Assembly: GCF_006345805.1 (NCBI RefSeq)
Contig: NC_043008.1
Location: forward strand, 75,144,001-75,208,000
Direction of reading: 5' to 3'
Length of the DNA: 64,000 nucleotides
Source: Octopus sinensis
Lineage: Eukaryota
The notes under the pieces are model-generated. The model did not search any database. It worked only from the letters and a program-made list of their open reading frames with translations, and was not told where the DNA came from. The position numbers were made by a program, and so were the translations under genes. This document shows, in pieces, positions 52,365-63,311 of the stretch. Every line of letters begins with the position of its first letter. The stretch's first letter is position 1.

Positions 52365-53924
52365 TTATTCCGTTTTTCCTTTGGTGGTCGTGGCGGGGAA
52401 GACCGCCTTCAATAAAGGCTCGTCTATTTCGTGTCTCGGACCGAATATGTCTTCAGGGTATTGCGCATTTGCTATATTGAAGTTCATCAGGTCCATGTTG
52501 TATATCTCAACATTTTTGTTGAGTACCTTATGCGTTTTTATTTTTTTCGCTATTGGGTTATCTTTTATTTTTTTGGTTAGGCTATCATTCGATTTGTTTA
52601 TTGCAACAAATACTGTCTTGTGTTCGAATTCTTTTTCCGGGCATTGTGGGGGTGATGGGGAGGACCCCGGGGAGTATGATGGGGAGGAACACGAGGAGGG
52701 GGTTGAAATGGAGGGGTAATGCTCGGCACTGAGGGGTGGGGGTGGATTGGGTGGGGGCTTCTCTTTTTGTGGGGAACCGTGGTTGAGTGGGGATGGTTTT
52801 CCCCCCTGAGAGTTTGATTTCTTTTTGATTGTGCCAGGGTTGGTTGGGCTTGTGTCCGCATTCTTTCTCTTTGGCGTTTTCTTCCGCCTCACCGTTGTGA
52901 AGTCGTTCTCTTCTTCTTCTTCCGTTTTTTTCTCTGCTTCTTCTGTCTTTTTTCTTTCTTCCTCTTTCTTGCTGGTGGGGCATTCCATACGGATGTGACC
53001 TATCTCGCCACATCCGTAGCAACGTGGCTTTCGCCCCTCCACCACCACCCGCAAGTTAATTTCTTCCCCGAATTGTATTCCTTCTGGAACTTCCTCCATT
53101 GCCTCCGGGGTCGCTTGCACCACCACGTGCAATGCTTGTCCTCTCCAGTTTTCCTTTATCACTCTTCTGATGTTTATCACAGTTATTTTCTCTTCCAGCC
53201 CCATTAACAGTGCTGGAAGCAACCACCTCACGTCGACCTGTGGCGGCACGTCCTCTACTCTGATTTTTGAGGTTCTCCTCCCTAAATACGAGGGTAATAA
53301 TATTATTTCCTCCGTCTTTATTGGTGTTAGGGAGTGTTTTTTGGCCGTTTCTTCATTTCTGAAGTGCACCTCTATTGTTGCAAACTTTCTCCCCCACGTA
53401 ACGTAGTCCATATCACTCCACACTGGTTTAAGGCATTTCTCAGCTTGGTCTTTGGTTATCCTTTCAATTTTCTTTTCTTTTATTACATAGGATTTATAAA
53501 TTATCGTCCTTTTCTCGGTTTCCTCTTTAATTGTTTGTGGGAGGGCAGCTATCGCGTTATTTCCCTCCTTTTTAAACATTTTTTAAAACTTTTCATACTC
53601 CACCTCCTCCATCTTTATTTCCTCTGTCTTCCTACCAGCAGCGGCAGCGAAGTTAAACATTTTGGTTTTTTCACTTGGTTTGGAACCGTCACACACATTT
53701 GCTGGTTTCTCAGCTTCGTTGGAAGTCAACCCTTCCGCGACTTTAGCCGTTTTCACAGCTTTTTTAACCGGCGAACCTTCATTCACTTTTGCTGTTTTCA
53801 CAGCTTCATTGGAAGTCACACCTTCCGCAATTTTAGCTTCTTCAGCAATTTTCACATTTTTTTGTGTAGGCAAACCTACTACGTCATCATTTTTTGACAT
53901 TTTTGAACAAGTATTTTTGTTCAT
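52365..53924 (-). CDS. LINE ORF1 (gag-like, zinc knuckle), one in-frame stop at 53585-53583
   Basis: ORFs 53583..53924 and 52365..53579 are in the same frame, separated by TAA-AAA. Contains VVVEGRKPRCYGCGEIGHIRMEC, a Lys/Glu-rich segment and a Pro/Ser-rich segment. The N-terminus has repeated AEGxTSNEA motifs. Confidence 0.85.
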
Positions 53925-54123
53925 TTCTCCGTGGAATGTGTGTGTGTTTCAATGTACAGCAGTTCCCCTCCGTGAGGAGGGGAAAACAAAGTTTTCCTGG
54001 TTCAAAACCAGCAACAGATCAAACAATTTTTTAACAAGACAATTTAAACAGGTTTTAACACAAATTCAACAACAATATTTCACTGACAACAAAACTCACG
54101 TGGTAAAAGTTCAATACTTAATT

Positions 54124-54759
54124 ATCGGACAAACCCTGCCAGACACCCAGTACTAGCGAATCCAAAAATACGAATGAGATCTATTATTCTCCCTGTCCGC
54201 CCACGTGAGTCATAGAGCATTCCATTTCTACAGAGGTAAAAACTGCAGTTCAAATTCTTGGAGAGAAAGCATTATATTGTTATCAAAAAAGGGGGTCGAA
54301 TTAATTAGTTATTAATAAATTCGACCAAGCAGTATTCGGTATGTAAAGACCATTTACGGTATATTTGAAGTATTAATTTATAAAAATATGGTAAAGTAAA
54401 AGAATTCACTTTACCACACACCGAACTTTTCAGAAATAGCAGCCAAAAATTTGGCTATTTCTTCAACTGCAAATAAAAGTCTCCAGACAATGCATACTCA
54501 GAAAAATAACTCACATAGGTGATGAAGGAAAAGTGGCGTTTTACCCACAAATCCAGAAACAGACTGTCCTCGGGTATCGTATATGGATGTGATCTTTCAT
54601 TGTTTTTCCCTTATACCTATGTGAGTTATTTTTCTGAGTATGCATTGTCTGGAGACTTTTATTTGCAGTTGAAGAAATAGCCAAATTTTTGGCTGCTATT
54701 TCTGAAAAGTTCGGTGTGTGGTAAAGTGAATTCTTTTACTTTACCATATTTTTATAAAT
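54124..54759. repeat. Continuation of the 560-bp repeat right of the LINE, followed by an inverted 240-bp piece
   Basis: 54124-54520 continues the interrupted unit. 54520-54759 is the reverse complement of unit sequence, giving 145-bp arms at 54376-54520 and 54615-54759. Confidence 0.9.
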
Positions 54760-54761
54760 AT

Positions 54762-54831
<70 letters not shown>

Positions 54832-55389
54832 CATACATACAATCATACATACATACATACATACATACACACATACACATATATACAAATATATATTTTT
54901 ACACACACATATATATTCATACATAGATATGCATTTACATGGAACATACAAAAGGCAGAATACTAAGTGAATATATAATTACTTGACTGGAAAACTGTGT
55001 CAGGAAGCCTATACTTATATAGTAATCTTAATGTTCATAAATTGAAAATGGAACGTACAAATATCTTGAGTATGCAACACATCATTCATAGAATGTTGGC
55101 AAAAACTTTAGTTAAATTTTTCTTGATGAAGGAAGGTGTACTCTGTGACAGTTCACCGGCTGCATACCCACGTCTATTTTCACATTCCATCAGCAAATTA
55201 CGAACGTTGCGATTATTATGTAAATGCGATCTTCCCGAAATAGCTGTCTAGTTAAGAATTTGCATATTCTCTTCTTAGTATACTGTATTTTGTATATGCT
55301 GTATAAATATATTTGTATATATATATATGTCTCTAGATATATATGTTTACGTTTTTGAATATATGTAGGTATGTGTGTCTATGTGTATC

Positions 55390-55428
<39 letters not shown>

Positions 55429-55621
55429 TTGTATTCGTCAAGCCTAATTGTGTTTATGTACGTCACTACCTCCATATCAGTTCGCCTTGGATTTCTCTTT
55501 TAGCCACTCATGTTGCCGTGAACCTAGACCTGGATGAAGAATTCGGAGTTTAGATTCAGATTCATTTGGCTACTACTGAGTGTTTTCAGTACTGAGCATT
55601 TCTAGCTCTCACCTATTCTTT

Positions 55622-55668
<47 letters not shown>

Positions 55669-56385
55669 CACGCAGACGCACACGCACACACACACACATA
55701 CACACACACACACACACGCAGACGCACACGCACGCACGCAGTCAAACACATACACACAAATATGTATGCATATATAAATCCAAAATCATATTCATATGTA
55801 GTGTGTGTGTTTTACATTATGTTTATATAACTAATTTCCCTCTAATTTTCACGTAAATGAACTACCAGTAATTTGCTGTTTGAAATATCCATTTTCTTTG
55901 CTAGAAACTGGCACTGGAGAAAATGTCTCGTGCAGTCAATATATTTGTTTCAATACTTTTGGGCTTTCATAGCCATTTATGTCTTTAATAGTACAAGAAC
56001 TAAGCAAGGCTAATGGAAAGTATTCTCTCAGTATTTAGTATCGCTCTTTTAAATTTTATGTCAAAAAACAACTGGAACAGATATTTTCTATCTTCCTTAT
56101 ACATTATAGCATTTACACCAGTTTTATTCCTGGGTGGTCTTATTTTAGTTAATGATCTTAACTCCTAAAACGTCTGCGGTCTTCTACCAATGTTAAAAAT
56201 CAAACAAAACATCAATCATTCCTCACATACTCACTTTTTATTAGGATCCGATCTTGATCCACATAACTTGGATGCTTAAGAAGGTGTGGCCCCAGAAGGT
56301 TCCTGACATGGCCTGGAACCTTCTGGAAGTGAGATTCTTCTCTTAACTCGCCTTACATAAATACAATGAATATAGTTTTACTTAC

Positions 56386-56608
56386 ACACAATGAGCTGCA
56401 GTTAATATATGCTGGTTATCAATTATCGATCCACCACACAGGAATTCACCTTTGTTTGTAGTTATCAACAATACTACCATCCAAGGAAATTGACACAGAG
56501 TAGCATATGTACCACCAATGATGTTATGCTTATGTTGTTGCTCATGTTTGTTGTTATTGTAATTCTTGTCTCCTCTGTCACTGACTGCAGCAAGACAATT
56601 CAAGGCAC
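56386..56608 (-). CDS. S1 serine protease, exon 2 (propeptide, IIGG N-terminus, catalytic His)
   Basis: TAG acceptor. Encodes ...KHN-IIGGTYATLCQFPWM...FLCGGSIIDNQHILTAAHCV, then a GTAAGT donor, phase 2. Confidence 0.95.
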
Positions 56609-56941
56609 CTAGTTAAAGACATCAATATTTATAAGAGCGAAGAAGAAACGGTGACGTAAATCAAAATATTAATCGTTGATTAAAATATTTTGTATGCAGT
56701 GCACCCTCCTGAGTAAATTTATACATTAAACAATTGTTATTTAAGAAGCAGTCATTGCAGAAAGTAAATGCCTTATGCAAAAGTATTTACTATTTAGTCA
56801 TTAGATTCTTTTAAATATCTTAGATATCACAACGAAAGCCATCGAAGGGCACTGCTGAATATATATATGCATGTCTGCTTATATACATAGGTATATAAAT
56901 ACACAAACACACACGCACGTATGCATATGAACACACACACA

Positions 56942-56982
<41 letters not shown>

Positions 56983-57291
56983 TATATATATAGGTAAACA
57001 GTAAAAATAATTACAGACATGGACAAGAACATGAAACACCACAGAGACGACACAAGAACCACAGGACGGGACATTCGAAGCCCTCAGTCATCAGTCAAGA
57101 ACCAGATCATCTTAGCAATTTCGGCTGATTAATCTTGAGATTGCTCCGATATGGCCAGCCCGCCAAGGGAAATCTAAGCCAAGCGCATTAGATCCCCTGG
57201 AAGAAAGCTTCGAATGTATACAACACGAGGACGGAAAACGAACGAAGTACACGAACAAAAATACAGAATATATATATATATTTATAATAGA

Positions 57292-57504
57292 ATAAAATCA
57301 ATTATATAATTAAGGGCACAAAGATTTCTATGCCTATATGCTGAAGATAGACGCTAAATCCATATAACCACTTTAAAATATCACTTTGTAATTTACAAGT
57401 GTAAATCATATAATGATATTTTGAATTGGTCGCACGGTTTTACCGTCTATCTTCAGCTTGTAGGCATAGGAATCTCTGTGCTCTTAATTGTAATTGCATT
57501 TTAT
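57292..57504. repeat. Diverged fold-back element between (TA)n tracts
   Basis: AAGGGCACAAAGATTTCTATGCCTATATGCTGAAGATAGACG is mirrored by CGTCTATCTTCAGCTTGTAGGCATAGGAATCTCTGTGCTCTT. Confidence 0.75.
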
Positions 57505-57506
57505 AT

Positions 57507-57560
<54 letters not shown>

Positions 57561-57649
57561 ATGTACCTAAATGTACCTAAATAGTACATTTTATATGATG
57601 ATCACTGATAAAATTTTTTTAAAATATGCTTAATTCTATTTCTATACAC

Positions 57650-57687
<38 letters not shown>

Positions 57688-57692
57688 ACACA

Positions 57693-57736
<44 letters not shown>

Positions 57737-58261
57737 ACCGACCCATAAGCGAATTCGTTATTTTACAATTTTCACATTAGCATTTTGCTAGATGAGCCAT
57801 AAATTTACATGGTGAGGTTCCAGCATGATCACTTTCAAATATATATTAGAAGGTTTGGCGGTGATGTACAGATATCATATATATTAGAAAAAATAAGGTA
57901 TTCAGGGATCTGGACGTTTGTATATATACAAATATATGTTTTTACAAATCACATTTAAGCGATTTCATCTACTCTAATAGATTCTTCAGATTTAAATTTT
58001 GTGACGGAACTTGTCTCTTTTTAAAGTATTAGTGAATAGATTGGGGTGGAGAGAAAGAGGGGGGGGGGTGAAGAGTAATGTGGAGTGTATAGGGTAGGGA
58101 AAAAGGAAGAGGAATGGAGAGATAGTCGAAGAAGAAAGTGAGACCTACCCTATACACTGCATATTACTCTTATTTCCCCCCTCTCTCTCCACCCCAATTC
58201 ATTCACTAATACTTTAAAAAGAGATGTACAACCATCCAGATCTCTGAATACCTTATTTTTT

Positions 58262-58313
<52 letters not shown>

Positions 58314-58779
58314 CATACATACATACATACATACATACATACATACTTATAGTCCTGATTTAGCCAAACCAGTCAGCTAAGGAGTAGTCATTGACAAGCT
58401 TGTAATTTTCAGGTGAAACTAGTCTAGTATTGTGATCTAGCTTCGCCTATATATATATAAAAATGATATATCAGTATATCAAAATGTACTTTCTTGCGGC
58501 TCTAAGGGTTTTTACTCTTATTTCTAGCAATATAGTTGCTACTCGGCTCACTCTGTCACAATTAGTGACAACTGAAGTTTTTCCTCTTTTGCTTTTATTC
58601 TGAGTATAGCTGCCTTTGTTACATTATAATTTTCAAATGTCAATAATATACATACTACATGGCTCCAGGTTAAAATTCCACTCGGCGGCACGGTGGGCCA
58701 GTGCCTTATACTATAACCTGGGGCCGGTCAAAGCCTTCTGAGTTGGGGGTAAACTAAAAGAAGCCCATAGTATATATGA

Positions 58780-58849
58780 TTGGTTCTAAACCTGTGATCG
58801 GCGGAATCCTGGTTACCGGCGAACTAAATTCAAAATTTGATTTATACAA

Positions 58850-58911
<62 letters not shown>

Positions 58912-58979
58912 TATATATATATCTTTGTATAAATCAAATTTTGAAGGGTTCTTAGTAGTGAAAAGTCTGGGAACCACTG
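58780..58979. mobile_element. Degenerate hAT-type MITE interrupted by a (TA)n-centred inverted duplication
   Basis: Right end CTGGGAACCACTG resembles the TIR at 5957-5970. Left end TGGTTCTAAACC is diverged. Confidence 0.55.
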
Positions 58980-59149
58980 GAACATATATAAATACATACA
59001 CACACGCATACACACAAATTCCTGGTGTATATTTCGATATCTATAGGGTTGATACTCTAGCTTTAGCTAAGAATGCCAATGGATTAGCGCAAGATCGGTT
59101 AAGGAAGGATAATATCCATCTTATGAAAACATTCGATTTTACCATAACA

Positions 59150-59730
59150 ATATATACCAAATACTTCTAGTCACTTATAGATAGATATTTTCCAATACAT
59201 CATAAATATAGAAAACTCTTTAATAGGCATGACCTAAAAATTAGTTTTAGTTCAACCCCACACTTTAAAAGCACAATTACACACGATGCAACGTAACAAC
59301 ACGAAGCCGGCTGTTCCTACAGGGATAAAGGCTTGTGCCCGTTAAATGGAGCCTGTGTGACTGAGGCTATTATTTATAAAGCCACCGAACGTTAATAATA
59401 CAATTTCATCCATTAGATATTTCCCAGAGGGAAATTTCAAAGCAAGATTCAGCAATCATACCTTAAGCTTCAGACAGTGGAATAAACGAAAAACTACCAA
59501 ATTATCCAGTTATATATGGTTCTTAAAAGAACAAGGTGTCAACTACAGGATTTACTGGAAGATCTTAGCCAAGTGTAAACCTTTTACCAACGGTAGTAGC
59601 AAGTGTGATATTTGTAATATATGGAAAGATGGCTCATATGGAAAAGGTCCTTGGACCCTGCTACATGTTTAAATTCAAGAACTGAACTTTTTGGATCATG
59701 TCCCAATGGGACAAAATACCTGTTACGGTT
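59150..59730 (+). mobile_element. Penelope-like element 3' remnant (GIY-YIG region)
   Basis: CPLNGACVTEAIIYKAT, KCKPFTNGSSKCDIC and LNSRTELFGSCPNGTKYLL. Confidence 0.7.
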
Positions 59731-60259
59731 TTACCCTCAACCAAAATCAGGGCTACAATCCTCACTTTTGCTATGCACCAGCACAAGCTTTCCCAAATAT
59801 GTTAACCTCCATTAACTTTTAATTCTTAATATATATATATATATATATATAATGTTTCCGTTTTCCTTTTTGTGTGAACGTGTACGTGTGTGAGTTTATG
59901 TATATATTTTATATGTATATGTGTGTGAGTGCGTACATATGTGTATGTGTATATGTATGTATATAAGTGTAAGACTGTGTCCGGTGCATGTGTGGGACTT
60001 TCATGCACACGTCCCCTTCATTTATACTGATATGCATATGTTTGTATATGTGTGGTTGTAGGTGTGTGATAGGAGGGTGTGTGTGTGTATATATATGTGT
60101 ATGCGTGTATTCGGTTGTGTGAATATATTTATATGAATAAATGTTAAAAAATATATTACGTTACGTTATGCATGTAAACACCTATGTGTATATGAGGATG
60201 AGGTTGCATACATACATACATACATACATACATACATACATACATACATACATACATAA

Positions 60260-60322
<63 letters not shown>

Positions 60323-60653
60323 CGTACAAGTGTGCATGGGTATGTATATATGTATGAGTACGTACATACACGTTTATGTTTGTGTGTGTGTATGTGCATA
60401 TACGTATACATAGGGCATTCGAATGCCCTATGAAGAGAAAGAACTTTATTCTCGCATTTATTTATAGACAGCATTTTGGTATCCGATCAGAAACGGCCTT
60501 ATGATATGTTACATCGCCTATTTTGTTTTGTCATGCTTTGTATTAAAAACAACAATCTATAAATATGGTCCAGTCGATGTGTTGGTTAATCTGTGGTTTT
60601 CTCCACTTGATAATTAGTTGCATTTTATAATATATATATATGTATGTATATAT

Positions 60654-60703
<50 letters not shown>

Positions 60704-63238
60704 CATGCATACCAAATACACATAGTTGTTTAGATACTTGGATATTCAGAGAAAGGTCTACCAATTGTATAATAAATATATATGTCGCATTTACCAGGAC
60801 CATCTATTATTTCTTATCCCTTCATTTCCTTATGTTTGGATGATAAGCATAGATGAATATGGAGTGGAATCAAATATTTAGTTGGTTATGTTTATATGTC
60901 ATTTAGAGACATTAAGTCCAGCGGACAGTGAGTGTAGTGAAGTGTCAGACGTAGCTGACCTTGCAACAAATTGAAAGTATGTTTTGTTTCGTATCATTAA
61001 CTTATGAATCCATGTAATACACAAATGAAATTTCATTGTCATCTCACAGCAGTCGATAAAATAAGTAACTGCTATTTACTGATATTAATTTGATCAATTA
61101 CATCTCAACGTGATAAATGTTTATTTGTAAGTCGAATGGCAGAAACGATAGTGCGTCCGTCAAACCGAATTGTGATATATAATTACGCTCAACTGGCTTC
61201 AAAATTATCATCTTGCAAGGTCGGCTAAGCCCTTTTCTGGTTCTTATGCACTATGCGAGAAGTGGGGTGGTGGGCTGCATGGGTTACTCACATTCTTCTT
61301 AAATTTGCAGCTAATTTAGTAATTATTAATGAACAGATGATTAGTAGAATGTTTCTTAGAATTTGGGCATAAATCATCTTATCATCTCTTATTTGTGCTG
61401 ACCTCTCGGAAATTCAAAAGTCATGGTACAGATAGCCTCGCAGGAGGTGTGTACTTCATGAATAATCCGTATATAGCCTATTTAGTAACATTCCAGATTA
61501 TTCGGGTATGAGTATTTTTTATGGATACATACAGAATAAAAATTTAATTAGAGTAATTTACATATAACACACGATATCAGTATATATGAATACAATTAAG
61601 TGCTCAGCATAGAAGTACCTTTGTAAGTAGTGGAACACAAACGAAAGATTTTTTGAATACTCCTCATACTCTAATAAACCTATATCTATTTTATACATCT
61701 TCTTCTTACGACTTTCTTAACATATTTTCTGAAACACTAACCATTGTATATTGCATGTTTCTATACACCATCATCTTTGCAACCGTAACGTTTATACAAA
61801 TTTGCTCCAGAACATCATCGGCGTCCTCAGTTCACATTTATTTAACTATACACGCATACATTAATCTCTGTCTATTAATATATCCCTCTACATTAATTAT
61901 TTAGTAAAACCTGAGGTAATGAGCTGACATCCGGCTGAAATCGACGTTTCTTTGATCTCTCCAGCGAACCTATTAACAAATATCTGTAAAATATGCTGCA
62001 TTTCCAAAAATGTTCTTACATTAATTAATCGAATATATTATAGCTAGTTAAAGGGCAGAAATAAATAGGATGGCTTACTATGAATGCTGCAGACTAGAAG
62101 AGCTTTCCTGTGATTTTATTTCCCTTGTACCATTTGCTTTTTAGGGTGAGCCTTTAACTTCTGATGGAGTCATAGGGGAGTCGTTATGATACACTATACA
62201 CCAGTGTCATCTATCTAGTGTGGTTGTGTGTCAATATCTTCTGTATCTCCAGTTAATGACTTACATGCGTACAAGAAGATGTAAAGTGTCACTTAGGAAA
62301 GGCAATAGGTAGATATTTCCTAATTATTATCGCTTCCCAACTGGAAATTGAACAGAATATTGAAGACAGATTGTAGAATATTACAGATAATTCAATCATC
62401 AAATTGGTTGACTTAAATTTTAGTCTACAAAGTAAACTGGTTTTAGTATACATAGGTAAACTGATGCAAATTCCATTTCTGATTTCTGTTTTATTGCGAA
62501 TTATACTTTGACGCTCGACTGACTCTTTAAATTGATCACAGTAATTAAACGAGATAAACTTCTTCATAGACAAAAGCGTAGGCCCCAATATTAAAATTTC
62601 ATTTCATTCATCATGTTAATGTGACCGAGATATTTCACCGACGATTTACCATCGTTTATTAAAGCAGATCAATATCCTACGTACTGAAATCGATAGAGTT
62701 TCTCATACAATTGGTCCTACATATCGTAATAAGAGATGAGGTAAATATGTATTACTGCTTGAGCTAAATAAATAAGAAATAAATAATTATACGCTTTCCA
62801 AAAGCAGTACCCACACGTCACTACAATAACTAAGAAACTATAATAGCCACGTCACCACATATCTAGTCACTACTATATGCTCATCACTACAATAACCATG
62901 TGACTATAATAACCACTTCACTAAAGCAGTCACCCTACTACAACCAGGTCATTATGACAACCATGTCACAGCAGTAACTACGTTATTACAACTATAATAC
63001 TGCATTAATTATAATAACCATTTCAGCATATCAGTCCATAGCAATAACCACATCAGTGCAAATAAGCATTCCACTACATTAAACATAGCATTACAATAAT
63101 GATTTCTCTGCAACAACTATATTAATGCAACGAAGAAACACTTCAATGATTAGGCTGAATTCAACAACCAGACTAGCTTCACTAGATGTGGCCTAACTTT
63201 GATAGAGAGCTGAGAATGAAATAAAAATAATAACTCAC

Positions 63239-63281
63239 AGTTTAGTAAAACAATGACGAAGAGAGATATAGCAAGTTTCAT
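63239..63281 (-). CDS. S1 serine protease, coding exon 1 (signal peptide MKLAISLFVIVLLN+1 nt)
   Basis: ATG at 63281 in GCACCATG context, 14 hydrophobic codons plus 1 nt, then a GTGAGT donor. Phase 1 matches the phase-1 acceptor at 56608 (T|GT = Cys). Confidence 0.85.
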
Positions 63282-63311
63282 GGTGCAGCTTCTACAATTG
63301 GTACCTAGTTG

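Larger units (their letters stand above)
48742..54123 (-). mobile_element. Full-length non-LTR retrotransposon, Tx1/L1 clade
   Basis: Has a 5' UTR, ORF1 with a CCHC knuckle, ORF2 (APE-RT-C-terminal Cys/His motif) and a 3' UTR ending AATAAAGAAAT. Flanked by an 18-bp direct repeat ATCGGACAAACCCTGCCA at 48724-48741 and 54124-54141. Confidence 0.93.

Noticed and set aside
48894-54156. Plus-strand and nested ORFs over the LINE
   Set aside because: They are antisense or alternate-frame shadows of GC-richer coding DNA.
57060-57095. CUGAUGA...GAAU-GUCCC-GUC on the minus strand
   Set aside because: No stem I and a weak stem II. A similarly incomplete motif lies at 32265-32290, and the motif at 35560-35585 lacks the GAAAC half.
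61292-61377. Hydrophobic ORF MIYAQILRNILLIICSLIITKLAANLRR with a GTGAGT donor as protease exon 1
   Set aside because: The donor is phase 2, but the strong acceptor at 56608 needs phase 1. The exon at 63239-63281 fits phase, Kozak context and promoter.
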